Of a DNA stretch of 64,000 nt, positions 53,140 to 63,900 are shown piece by piece. The translations under genes were made by a program, and so were the position numbers. The DNA is taken from NCBI GenBank assembly GCA_003221895.1, contig QHUJ01000111.1:2836-66835 (forward strand), in the 5' to 3' direction. The first letter of the stretch is position 1; the number at the start of each line of letters is the position of its first letter. Source of the DNA: Gemmatimonadota bacterium. Its GTDB lineage: Bacteria; Gemmatimonadota; Gemmatimonadetes; Gemmatimonadales; GWC2-71-9. The notes under the pieces are model-generated. The model did no database searches, had not been told where the DNA came from, and saw only the letters and a list, made by a program, of their open reading frames with translations.

Positions 53140-55386
53140 ATGATGATCGCGCTCGGTGTCGGGATCGTGGTCCTGGCGTGGGCGGTGTTCACCTTCAATC
53201 GACTGATTCGGTTGCGGCAGCTGGGCGACAACGCCTGGTCCGACATCGACGTCCAGCTGAAGCGCCGTCACGATCTCATTCCCAATGTCGTCGCCGTCGT
53301 CAAAGGTCATGCCGGTTACGAGCGCGGTACGCTCGAGGCGCTGGTCGCCGCGCGTGGCCGGGCCGTTCAGGCGAGCGCGAGCCCCCCGGCGAGTCGCGCG
53401 CGCGAAGAAGATCCGCTCGGCGGCGCGCTGCAGCGTGTGTTCGCGGTCGCCGAGGCATACCCGGAGCTGCGCGCAGCGGCGAGCTTTGCCGGCCTCCAGC
53501 AGACGTTGACCGATGTCGAGGACCACCTCCAGAATGCGCGCCGCTACTACAACGCCGTGGTGCGCGACTTCAACACGGCGATCGCGCAGTTCCCCTCCAG
53601 CATCATCGGCGGGATGATGCGGCTCCGTCCGCGAGAGTTCTTCGGTCTGGACGATCCTTCGGAGCGCGCCGTGCCGCAGGTGCCGTTGACGGTGCTGCTG
53701 CTGTGCTGCGTTGGTGCCGCATCGGTCAACGCGCAACAGCGCTCGTATTCCATCGAGCGCTTCGCTGCGCGGATCCACGTCAACCGCGACGCGTCGATCG
53801 ATGTGACCGAGACCATCACGGCCCGATTCGTCGGTTCATGGAACGGTCTGTACCGCACCGTTCCTGTCGACTACCACACGCTGCAAGGCCTGAACTGGCG
53901 CCTCGGCGTTTCATTGCAGAGCGCCCGCGACGACGTGGGCCATGATTTGCGCACCGAGACGAGCCGCGTGCGCCAGTACATCAAGTACAAGATCTGGATC
54001 CCCGGCGCCCAGAATGCTGTGCGGACGATCGTGCTGCGCTATCACGCGACCAACGGCCTGCGCTTCTTCGACGAGCACGATGAGCTCTACTGGAATGTGA
54101 CCGGTGACGAATGGGATGTGCCCATCGAAACGGCCGCGGCGACCATCGAGCTGCCCCAGAGCACGCCCGGCATACGAGCGGTAGCATTCAACGGTGTCTA
54201 CGGGTCCCGCGCGCAGGACGCGACCGTGACCATTGGTGGCGACACGGTGCGCGTCGTCATGTCACACGCCCTCGGCTATCACGAAGGATTGACCGCCGTT
54301 GTCGGCTGGAATAAAGGCATGGTCCTGGCGCCGACCGCCACGGCCCGGGCGCTCGCGACCCTGCGCACCAATTGGCCGTTGTTCATTCCCGTTCCGGTGC
54401 TGCTGCTCGGCTTCGTCGCCTGGCGCCGCTCGGGAGTCGATCCGCGCGGCCGGCCGATTGCCGTGCAGTACGAGCCGCCGCGCGCGATGACGGCCGCCGA
54501 AGCCGGGACGCTGCTCGACAACAGCGCGGATATGCGGGATATCACCGCCACGCTCGTGGACCTCGCGGTGAAAGGCTACCTGCGCATTGAGGAGCATCAG
54601 GTCCCGAAGCTGTTCGGTCTTCTCGGCGGGGGCACGACGTACAACTTCCACCGCCTCAAGACGAGTGAAGGGCTCGCACTACACGAAGAGGCGGTCTTCA
54701 GCGGAATCTTCTCCGAGCGCGGCGACGTCGTCTCGCTCGATGAGCTGAAAGACCAGTTCTACAAGCTGCTCCCCGTCATTCGCGACGCGGTTTTCGATGG
54801 CCTGACCGCTACCGGGTACTACAAGAGCCGGCCGGACAAGGTGCGGCAGAATTGGATGGGCCTGGGTGTAACCGTCGGGTTCGTTGTCGGAGTCGGAGGA
54901 GTCTTTCTCTCCAAAGTCCTGCTCTTCACACCGGTCCCTTTCATTGTCGCCGGGGTCGTCAGCGCACTCATCCTCATCGTCTTCGCCCAAATCATGCCGG
55001 CGCGCACTGAGCCGGGAGCGCGCGCCCTCGAGCAGGTGCTCGGGTTCGAGGAATTCCTGCGGCGCGTCGAGTCGGAGAACCTGAAGCGCGTCATCATCGG
55101 CCACCCGGAGCTATTCGATAAGTTCTTGCCGTTCGCGATGGCGTTTGGGGTGGAGCAGCAGTTCGCGCGGGCGTTCCAAGGGATCTACACCGAGCCCCCG
55201 CGCTGGTACGTTGGTCCCAGCGTCACGAACTTCAACGTGACGCATTTCTCGAGCAGCATGTCGCATCTCACGACCGTGGCGGGCACGACCATGTCGTCGT
55301 CGCCCCGCAGCTCGGGTGGGTCGGGGTTTGGCGGCGGTGGAGGCTCCGGTGGCGGCGGAGGTGGCGGCGGCGGCGGGGCGTTCTAG
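53140..55386 (+). CDS. LemA-DUF2207 in-frame fusion protein
   Basis: N-terminal AWSDIDVQLKRRHDLIPN...EAYPEL...ARRYYN (LemA); then ELYWNVTG..W, ATLVDLAVKGY, LPFAMAFG and Gly-rich tail (DUF2207). Confidence 0.85.
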   Translation: MMIALGVGIVVLAWAVFTFNRLIRLRQLGDNAWSDIDVQLKRRHDLIPNVVAVVKGHAGYERGTLEALVAARGRAVQASASPPASRAREEDPLGGALQRVFAVAEAYPELRAAASFAGLQQTLTDVEDHLQNARRYYNAVVRDFNTAIAQFPSSIIGGMMRLRPREFFGLDDPSERAVPQVPLTVLLLCCVGAASVNAQQRSYSIERFAARIHVNRDASIDVTETITARFVGSWNGLYRTVPVDYHTLQGLNWRLGVSLQSARDDVGHDLRTETSRVRQYIKYKIWIPGAQNAVRTIVLRYHATNGLRFFDEHDELYWNVTGDEWDVPIETAAATIELPQSTPGIRAVAFNGVYGSRAQDATVTIGGDTVRVVMSHALGYHEGLTAVVGWNKGMVLAPTATARALATLRTNWPLFIPVPVLLLGFVAWRRSGVDPRGRPIAVQYEPPRAMTAAEAGTLLDNSADMRDITATLVDLAVKGYLRIEEHQVPKLFGLLGGGTTYNFHRLKTSEGLALHEEAVFSGIFSERGDVVSLDELKDQFYKLLPVIRDAVFDGLTATGYYKSRPDKVRQNWMGLGVTVGFVVGVGGVFLSKVLLFTPVPFIVAGVVSALILIVFAQIMPARTEPGARALEQVLGFEEFLRRVESENLKRVIIGHPELFDKFLPFAMAFGVEQQFARAFQGIYTEPPRWYVGPSVTNFNVTHFSSSMSHLTTVAGTTMSSSPRSSGGSGFGGGGGSGGGGGGGGGGAF

Positions 55387-56570
55387 ACGTATTTGAGCCA
55401 CCAGTCGTTGCGACGCGCCTTCAGGTCCGCATACCACCGGCTTGGGAAGTAGAGCATCACGAGCGCGAGCGCCCACACGAGGTAGAGCAATCCGAGACTC
55501 CAGGTGTACCCGTCGGGCGGCGGCGGATTGCCCATCGGATGATTCGTGAAGAGCCACGGACTCACACTGCCCAGGCGAACCTTCGAGACTACGAGCGCGA
55601 GCGCGTGGATGAGCGCGATATGCAGCACATAATAGAAGAACGGGACGCGCCCAAACACCGTGAGCCATTGCGTGACGGGCCCGCGCGCCCGATCGAGCAA
55701 CGGTATCAGCGCGATCGTCGGACCGAGCGTCATCAGCAAGAAGCTGAGCGATGCGGGATACTTGGTGGTGTTGAGGAACGACAGCAGCGCGGGCATCTGT
55801 CCGCCTGCACTCCACGGCCGGGGATCGCCGTAGACGTTGAAACCGCGCAGGAGCAGGAACAGCGCGGTTGCCCCGAGTCCGATTTGTAGACAGAGCCGGT
55901 TGCGGCGCGCCGGCTCCAGTGTGAGGATGGTGCCGAAGCCATAGCCCGCCGCCATCACGCCAATCCATGGAATGATCGAATAGAGGATGATCAGCGGGGT
56001 TCCATTCACTGGACCGTTGGAGAACCCGATATAGAGGATCTTCCATGCCTCGCCCAATGCCGGAGTCGCCTGGATGATCGGGCCCATCACGAGATTGTGC
56101 AGGGCGATGATCGACACGCCCACGATACCGACCGTGCGCGGCCGCATTCGCACGAGCCAGCTCATGATGAACATGCACCAGCCGATTACCCAGATCACCC
56201 CGCCGAGGAGGTAGTTCGCGAAGTCGACGTTGAACGTCCAGGCGACGCGAATGACGGTGAGCTCGAGGACGATCAGCCAGATGCCGCGTATGCGGAGAAA
56301 TCGGGACAGATCGGAGTGTTTGCGGCCGTAGAACAACCCGCTCGTTCCGGCCAGAAAGATGAACGCCGGAGCGACAAAGTGCGTGATCCAGCGGGTAAGG
56401 AAGATCCCCGCCGTGGGACCTCCGGCCGGGAGTCCGGAATAGACACGGACGTGATCGATCGCCATCAGCACCATGACGGCGCCGCGAATCAGATCGATAG
56501 ACGCAACGCGCGAGTGGACGGCTGCCGCCGCCGCGGGCAGAGACACCGGCGCGCTCATGAAAGCGAACAT
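55383..56570 (-). CDS. DUF1624/HGSNAT-like membrane acyltransferase
   Basis: SIDLIRG.VMVLMAIDH, RWITHF.AP.F.FLAG, KYPASL, GRVPFFYY. Confidence 0.88.
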   Translation of the reverse strand: MFAFMSAPVSLPAAAAAVHSRVASIDLIRGAVMVLMAIDHVRVYSGLPAGGPTAGIFLTRWITHFVAPAFIFLAGTSGLFYGRKHSDLSRFLRIRGIWLIVLELTVIRVAWTFNVDFANYLLGGVIWVIGWCMFIMSWLVRMRPRTVGIVGVSIIALHNLVMGPIIQATPALGEAWKILYIGFSNGPVNGTPLIILYSIIPWIGVMAAGYGFGTILTLEPARRNRLCLQIGLGATALFLLLRGFNVYGDPRPWSAGGQMPALLSFLNTTKYPASLSFLLMTLGPTIALIPLLDRARGPVTQWLTVFGRVPFFYYVLHIALIHALALVVSKVRLGSVSPWLFTNHPMGNPPPPDGYTWSLGLLYLVWALALVMLYFPSRWYADLKARRNDWWLKYV

Positions 56571-56623
56571 GAGACGTACGCGCGGAACCAGCAAGTCCGG
56601 AAGCCGTTAAATTGGGCCGGCCC

Positions 56624-58822
56624 ATGTGGCACCGATCGGGCGGTTTCGGACTGTTCGTCGCGCTGGCCGTTCCGTTCAACGGCCACGCCCAGAGCCTTCA
56701 CGTGGCCACCGCAACGGGAACCGTGCGTCTCGATGGGCGGCTGGATGAGGCCGACTGGTCGCGCGCCGACTCAATCGGCGATTTGCGCCAGCGCGAGCCT
56801 GCCGTCGGGGAGCCCGCAACTGAGCGCACCGTCGTGAAAGTGTTGCGAGACGCCGGCGCGCTGTACATCGGCGTGCAGGCCTACGACGGCGCACCCACGC
56901 GAATCCGCGCCACGCAGCTCCGCCGGGACGCTGACCTGTCCAGCGATGATCATGTGCTGCTTCTGATCGACAGCTTTCACGACCGGCGCGGGGCATTCGT
57001 CTTCGGGACCAACCCCAACGGCGCTCGCTGGGACGCGCAGCTCAGCGACCTCGACAATCTCAATCAGGATTGGAACGGCATCTGGGACGTCGCGGCTCGC
57101 CGGGATGGGAACGGGTGGACCGCGGAGTTCCGCATCCCGTTTCAGACGCTTCGCTTTGGCGCCGGCCACGACGTGCGGTTGGGCTTCAACATCGAACGCT
57201 TCGTCCGACGCAAGAACGAGAAGGATCTGTGGCGCTCCTGGGGCCGGGCGGAGGGGCTGTATCAGCTCTTGAACGCCGGCGAGCTGAACGAGATGGGGGC
57301 TGTGCGGCGCGGCCGCGACGTGGAGCTCTACCCCTACGTGCTGAGTCGCGTGATCGAGCCCGAACACGACAGCGCCGGTACGCGTGTCGCCGACGGCTTC
57401 GTCGGCGCGAAAGCGGGTGTAGACGCGAAGCTGGGTGTCACGCCGACGCTGACGGCCGACCTGACCGTCGGTACCGACTTCGCGCAGGTGGAATCCGATC
57501 AGCAGGTCATCAACCTGACACGCTTTCCATTCTTCTTCCCGGAGAAACGCCAGTTTTTCCTCGAGTCGAGCGGGCTGTTCGACTTCGGGACGCCGGAACG
57601 AGTCCAGGCGTTCTATTCACGACGCATCGGACTGGACACCGCCGGCAGGCCGGTTGCGATCGCCGCAGGCGCCCGTTTGTACGGGCGGGTTGGCCCATGG
57701 CGCCTCGGCCTGCTCGACGCGCAATCGGGCAGGAGCGGCCGAGAGGTCAACGACGCCGTGGTGAGATTCCAGCGCGACCTCTTCGCGAGATCGTACGTCG
57801 GGATGATCGGCGCGCTGCAGACGAACCCGGACGGGCCATCGGCGGCGACTGCGGGATTCGACCTGGACCTCCCGCTCATCGTGGACGGCCAAAACCTCGA
57901 GCCCAAGGTCTGGATCATGGGGACGCGAACGCCCGGCATCAGCGCGCTTCCGCTCGCCTGGCGACTGTCGGCGGATTATCCCAATGACCTGTTCGACAAC
58001 TTCGTCTCGCTCTATCGCATCGACGACGGATTCAATCCAGTGCTCGGATTCGTGCGGCGCACGGGCATCTGGGAGACGACAGGGCACACCGATTTCATGC
58101 CGCGGCCGCACGCACTCGGAATCCGCCAGCTGGATTTCACGCTGCCGCTGCCGAGCTGGGACATCATTGCCAATGAGTCGGGCTCATTGACGAACACAGG
58201 GGATTGGCAGACTGCGTGGTTCGAGCTGCGGGTCTTCGGCGGCGACCGCGACAATGGAGACCACTTCGAAGTCAATCTTCAACGCCAGCTCGATGCTCCA
58301 ACCGATACCTTCGAGATCTTTCACGGCGTCGACGTGGCGCCCGGACGATACTGGTGGTCGCGCTACGAGCTCCAGTACCAGATGTCGCCGGCGCATGCGC
58401 TTGGTGTCGCCGCGTTCGTCAACTGGGGCGGCTTTTTCGGTGGCCGCAGCACGGACGTGAAGCTCGAAGGCACGTTGCGCGCCGGCGGTCACGCGATCGT
58501 GGGCGTGAGCGCGACTCGAACCGCCGCCGCCCTGCCGGACGGCAACTTCACCGCACTACAGACCGCGACGCGCATCGAATACGATTTTAACCCGCGCACC
58601 AGTCTGCTGGGCTTCGGTCAGTTCACCAACGAGGATCAGCGCGTCGACTTCAACATCCGATTCCACTGGATTCCCGTGATCGGAGACGACGTCTATCTCG
58701 TCTGGAATTCCGGCTACAGCACCAGTGCAGCGACGCGGTACAGGTTCCCGGCTGCTGCCTCCCTGACGAAGCCACTGAACGGCGCGTTCATCGTGAAAGT
58801 CGTGCACCGCCTCACCCCATGA
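56624..58822 (+). CDS. Second CBM9-like/DUF5916 protein
   Basis: LDGRLDEADW, GWTAEFRIPF, DFAQVESD, FPEKRQFFLE, FYSRRIG. Confidence 0.85.
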   Translation: MWHRSGGFGLFVALAVPFNGHAQSLHVATATGTVRLDGRLDEADWSRADSIGDLRQREPAVGEPATERTVVKVLRDAGALYIGVQAYDGAPTRIRATQLRRDADLSSDDHVLLLIDSFHDRRGAFVFGTNPNGARWDAQLSDLDNLNQDWNGIWDVAARRDGNGWTAEFRIPFQTLRFGAGHDVRLGFNIERFVRRKNEKDLWRSWGRAEGLYQLLNAGELNEMGAVRRGRDVELYPYVLSRVIEPEHDSAGTRVADGFVGAKAGVDAKLGVTPTLTADLTVGTDFAQVESDQQVINLTRFPFFFPEKRQFFLESSGLFDFGTPERVQAFYSRRIGLDTAGRPVAIAAGARLYGRVGPWRLGLLDAQSGRSGREVNDAVVRFQRDLFARSYVGMIGALQTNPDGPSAATAGFDLDLPLIVDGQNLEPKVWIMGTRTPGISALPLAWRLSADYPNDLFDNFVSLYRIDDGFNPVLGFVRRTGIWETTGHTDFMPRPHALGIRQLDFTLPLPSWDIIANESGSLTNTGDWQTAWFELRVFGGDRDNGDHFEVNLQRQLDAPTDTFEIFHGVDVAPGRYWWSRYELQYQMSPAHALGVAAFVNWGGFFGGRSTDVKLEGTLRAGGHAIVGVSATRTAAALPDGNFTALQTATRIEYDFNPRTSLLGFGQFTNEDQRVDFNIRFHWIPVIGDDVYLVWNSGYSTSAATRYRFPAAASLTKPLNGAFIVKVVHRLTP

Positions 58823-60006
58823 CGGCCGTCATCGCGGCACTGCCCCGAGACGGGCGACTGTTATTCCTGACGCGGTTTACGCGGCTCGTCGCATACGGTG
58901 CGCTCTCCGTCGTGCTGGTCCTGTACCTGACCACTCTGGGGCTCGGACCATCGCAGATCGGCCTACTGCTCACACTCACGCTCGTCGGCGACACGCTGGT
59001 CTCGCTCTGGCTCACGACCCGGGCCGACCGGTTCGGACGCCGCCGCACGCTGATCATCGGCGCTGCGCTCATGGCGGCGGCGGGCCTCACGTTCGCGCTC
59101 ACGACGAATTTCGTTTTTCTGGTGATCGCGGGGATGGTCGGCGTCATCAGCCCAAGTGGCAACGAGGTCGGTCCGTTTCTTCCAATCGAGCAGGCGGCTC
59201 TCGCTCAGGTCGTTCCGACTGACCTTCGGACCGAGCTGTTTGCGTGGTACACGTTGGCAGGTGCATTGGCAACGGCGATCGGGTCCTTGTCCGCCGGGGT
59301 TGTATCGCAGACACGGCCGTATCGAGCCGTGCTGCTGCTGTATGCCGTGCTCGGCATTGTCCTCGCCATTGGGTTCACGGCTCTCTCCCCGACCGTCGAA
59401 CAGGCTGCGCCTGAGAGGAGCGCGTTCCTGGGCCTCGGTCCCTCGCGGCGTATCGTGCTGCGACTGGCGGGCCTCTTCGCCCTCGACTCCTTCGCGGGCG
59501 GATTCGTTGTCCAGAGCTTCGCGGCGTACTGGTTTTACCTGCGCTTCGGCGCGAATCCCGCTACGCTGGGCGCCATTTTCTTCGGCGCCAACCTGCTCGC
59601 GGGGCTCTCCGCGCTGCTGGCGGCCCGCTTGGCCGCGCGCTTCGGGCTCGTTCGGACCATGGTCTTCACACATTTGCCGTCGAACGTGCTGCTGATTCTC
59701 GTTCCATTGATGCCAACGCTGGCGCTCGCCACACTCGTCTTATTCATGCGTTTCAGCATCAGCCAGATGGACGTGCCGACACGCCAGTCGTATCTCATGG
59801 CCGTCGTCCGGCCGGAGGAGCGGTCGGCTGCGGGTGGGGTAACGGGCGTGGCGCGGACCATCGGCGCCGCCGTGGCGCCGGTCTTCGCGGGACTCCTGTT
59901 CGCTCAGCCGGCGCTCATCAACGTCCCGTTCTTTGTTGCGGGCACGCTGAAAATCGTCTACGACGTGCTGCTGTACCGCGGGTTCGCTCGCCTTAGCTCC
60001 TCTTGA
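58819..60006 (+). CDS. MFS transporter
   Basis: ADRFGRRR motif A, multiple TM helices, SQMDVPTRQSY. Confidence 0.92.
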   Translation: MTAVIAALPRDGRLLFLTRFTRLVAYGALSVVLVLYLTTLGLGPSQIGLLLTLTLVGDTLVSLWLTTRADRFGRRRTLIIGAALMAAAGLTFALTTNFVFLVIAGMVGVISPSGNEVGPFLPIEQAALAQVVPTDLRTELFAWYTLAGALATAIGSLSAGVVSQTRPYRAVLLLYAVLGIVLAIGFTALSPTVEQAAPERSAFLGLGPSRRIVLRLAGLFALDSFAGGFVVQSFAAYWFYLRFGANPATLGAIFFGANLLAGLSALLAARLAARFGLVRTMVFTHLPSNVLLILVPLMPTLALATLVLFMRFSISQMDVPTRQSYLMAVVRPEERSAAGGVTGVARTIGAAVAPVFAGLLFAQPALINVPFFVAGTLKIVYDVLLYRGFARLSSS

Positions 60007-60865
60007 GGCTCACGTGATCGACTGCCGCCCGCAGCCTGCGCGCCAGCGCGAGCGCATCGCCTTCACCCCAGAAATGCATGAACAAGAGCCGCGGAGACTC
60101 GGCAAGCATGTGACTGTGCAGGGCGGTCACCTCGATTCCATTGGATCCCAGCGCCCGCAGCACCGGCGTCACTTCATTCGCCGTCAGGACGAAGTCTCCA
60201 GTCACGGCGGCCCGGCCCGCTCCGGTAGCCTGGAAGTTGATTGCCGTCGCCACCCCCATGGCGGGCGGGACTTCGATACTGTCCAGCATGACCGGACCGT
60301 CGCGCGGCAGGCTCAGCTGGTATACACCGCCGTTCACGCGTCCATGTGCCCCGATGATTTGTGAGATCTGAACAGTGTCCAGACCGAGGGCGGCGGGCGG
60401 ACCCTGAGCTGCCGGCGCCGCCGGCGTGCCCGTCCGGGCAAGTGCCGTATGTAAGGTTGTTGCGAGGGCGACTGCGCCTCCCCGCCCCATGATGTGGAGA
60501 TACACCACGTGCGGCGATTCATGCAGCAGGTGATTATGAAGAGCGGTTTGCTCGATTCCGCCGGTCTGGAGTGCGTTTATGACCGGGCCGACTTCCGCCT
60601 CGAGCAGCACCAGATCGCCCATTAACATCGCGGTGCTGTCACCCGTCTGTTTCAGGGCGATCCATGACCCTAAAGCGAGCGACGGCTTGACGCTGACCGA
60701 CCCGACACGAATCTGGAGATCGGCGCGGGGAAACCCTACGCGGTAGACATCGCTTTGTAATGTACCGGACCGGCCCAACACGCGGTCCACTTGTTTCCAA
60801 TCGATCGGGCCTGATCCCTGCTGCAGGCTGAGCAAGACGATCGACAACGTGAAAAGGGGCGGCAT
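59993..60865 (-). CDS. DUF1259 (LppY/LpqO-like) secreted protein
   Basis: Two repeats of GD.VL...EV..V..AL...GIE.TALH.H.L.E.P....H. Confidence 0.85.
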   Translation of the reverse strand: MPPLFTLSIVLLSLQQGSGPIDWKQVDRVLGRSGTLQSDVYRVGFPRADLQIRVGSVSVKPSLALGSWIALKQTGDSTAMLMGDLVLLEAEVGPVINALQTGGIEQTALHNHLLHESPHVVYLHIMGRGGAVALATTLHTALARTGTPAAPAAQGPPAALGLDTVQISQIIGAHGRVNGGVYQLSLPRDGPVMLDSIEVPPAMGVATAINFQATGAGRAAVTGDFVLTANEVTPVLRALGSNGIEVTALHSHMLAESPRLLFMHFWGEGDALALARRLRAAVDHVSLKRS

Positions 60866-60944
60866 AAGGTATCCTTAGGGACGATGGAATGGTCTCTTGG
60901 AAGAGCCTAGGCTCAGCCAGTGGTTACGGGGGTAATCGTAGGAC

Positions 60945-63900
60945 ATGAACACCACCATTCGCGTCACACTGCTGCTCGGCGCTGCACTCTGCTTCGCAGC
61001 GCCCGCGCAGGCTCAATACTTCGGACGCAACTCGGTCCAATACTCGACATTCAAGTTCAAGGTGCTGAAGACGCAGCACTTCGACGTCTACTTCTACGAC
61101 AAGGAAGCCGACGCCGCGACACAGGCCGCACGCATGGCGGAGCGGTGGTACACCAGGCTGTCGACTGTGCTTCGCCATCAGCTGAGCAGCCGGCAACCCC
61201 TGATTCTCTACTCCGACCATCCCGACTTCGAGCAAACGAACGTCCTCGGTGAGAGCCCGGGCGAGGGGACGGGTGGTGTCACCGAAAGCTTAAAGCGCCG
61301 CATCATCCTGCCAATGGGCTCGTCGCTCTGGGAAACAGATCACGTCATCGGTCACGAATTGACGCACGCGTTCCAATACGACATCACCGGCGTCGGCCGC
61401 AGCAATATGGGCGCGGGGTTGAACCGGGTGCCGCTGTGGTTCATCGAGGGCATGGCGGAATACATGTCGCTCGGCCCCGTGGACCCGAACACGACGATGT
61501 GGATGCGCGACGCGGTGCGCCGCGGCGAGCTGCCCAAGTTCCGCGATCTGGACAGCCCACGCTATTTCCCGTACCGCTGGGGCCAGTCGTTCTGGGCCTA
61601 TCTGGGCGGGACCTATGGCGACGACATCGTCGGCGCGCTGCTGCGTTCCGCCGGCAGGACCGGCAACGTGATCGGCGCGCTGGAAGTCATGACGCACCGC
61701 CCCGCGGACAGCATTGTCGCCGAGTGGCATCGCGCGCTCACCGAGGCGACCGAGCCGGTCGCGGTGGCGACGGGCATCCAGCTGCCGACTGATCGGGCGC
61801 ATGTGCAACAGGCGCGGCAGCAGCCGGTGACGACCGCGGGCGCCCGGCTGGTCGTGAGCCCCGGCCCACAGTCGCATTACAACATCGCGCCCGCGGTGAG
61901 CCCCGACGGCAAGCGGATGGTGTACATGTCCGACGCGGGACTGTTCTCCATCGACATGTATCTCGCGGACGCCGAGACGGGCCACACCATACGCACGCTG
62001 GTGTCGTCCACGCGGGATCCGCACCTCGAGAGCATGCAGTTCATCAACTCCGCGGGCGCGTGGGATGCGACGGGAACTCGATTCGTATTCGGCGCCGTGG
62101 TAACGGGTCACCCGGCGCTTCGGATCGTCAAAGGCACCAACGGCGATCTGGTGAAGGAGATCAAGTTCTCGGCGCTCGGCGAAATCTTCAATCCGACGTG
62201 GTCACCGGACGGCAAGCAGATCGCATTCAGCTCCCAAGTAGGAGGCGTGACCGATCTCTTTACGTACGACCTCGAGAATGGAAAGCTGACGCGCCTGACC
62301 GATGACCTGTTCGCGGACCTCGAGCCCGCCTGGTCGCCGGATGGCAAATCCATCGCCTTCTCCACCGATCGGTTCGAGACCTCGATCGACAGCCTGACCT
62401 ATGGCCAGTACCAGTTGGCGCTCATCGATGTGAGTGGCGGAGCGCCGGGGCAGATCACCCGGCTCCCCTACTTCAAAGGCGCCAAGCACATCAATCCGCA
62501 GTGGAGTCCCGACGGCAAGAGCGTGTACTTCATCGGCGACCCGGGCGGAATCAGCAACGTGTTCCGGATCTCGCTGACCGACGGCGCGATCACGCAGATC
62601 ACGAACGTCTTCAGCGGCGTGAGCGGCATTACGTCGCTCAGCCCGGCGCTCAGCGTGGCGCAGAAGGCCCCGCGCGCGGTATTCAGCGTGTACACGGGCG
62701 GGGGCTACTCGATTCAGAGCATCGACAACCTCGACGCGACGGTGGGCACGCAGGTCACGCAGCTGCCGCCGTCAGCCAAGGAATTGCCGCCGCTCGAGCG
62801 CGAGGAAGGGATCGTCGCGGTTATTGGTGATCCGACAACGGGGCTGGTGGATCAGAATACGCTCCCCGTCGAGAGCTCGATCAGGAAGTACCGTCCCGCA
62901 CTATCGCTCGACTTCATCGCGCAGCCCAACCTCGCGGTGGCCGCGGACCGGTTCGGCACCTACGTCGGCGGCGGTATCACGCTCTACTGGAGCGACATGC
63001 TGGGCGACCACAACCTGGTCACGATGGCACAGGTCAACGGTCGCATTGGCGACTTCGCGGCGCTGGTCGGCTATCAAAACCGCAGACGGCGCCTGAACTG
63101 GAGTGTCGGCGCGCAACAGATCCCATACATCAACGGCTACTACGCCAACGGCTTCGATGCGAGTGGCAACTACGTCGAGGTGATCGAGCGCTTCAAGCAG
63201 ACGAGTCGCGAGGTCGTCGGCGTCATGGCGTACCCCTTCAACCGGTCATTCCGGCTCGAAGCGTCAGCCAGCGCGCAACAGATCTCGTACAGCGACGAAA
63301 TTCAGAAGATCGGCTACGACATCAACAGAGGCGGCGCGGTCATCTACGACTCGACCATCCACAACCCCGTCCCTGCCGCGCTGGGTCTCGGGGGGGCGAC
63401 CCTCGCATTTGTCCGCGACAATTCCTTCTTCGGTGCCACCGGGCCGATCGTGGGCGACCGGTGGCGCGTCGAGGCGGATCCCACCTTCGGGACGCTGAAC
63501 TTTGTGACCGGGTTGCTCGACTACCGGAAGTACGTGATGCCGATGCGTCCATTCACGCTCGCCGGCCGCTTCCTGGGCATCGGACGCTTTGGCAAGGACG
63601 GGGACGACCCGCGCATGTATCCGATGTACATCGGATACCCGAGCCTGATCCGAGGCTATGACATGGGAAGCTTCAGCCCGAACGAGTGCCCCTCGAACAC
63701 GCCCACGTGCCCCGTATTCGACGATCTGTTCGGCAGCCGCATCGCGGTCGCCAGCCTGGAGCTGCGATTCCCGCCCTTCGGCATCTTGCATGCCGGTGGT
63801 GGCTACTACGGCATCCTGCCGGTCGACGCGGCCATCTTTTACGACGCCGGCGTTGCCTGGACCTCGACAGAGGGGGCCCAGGTCTTCGGGACCCGGGGCG

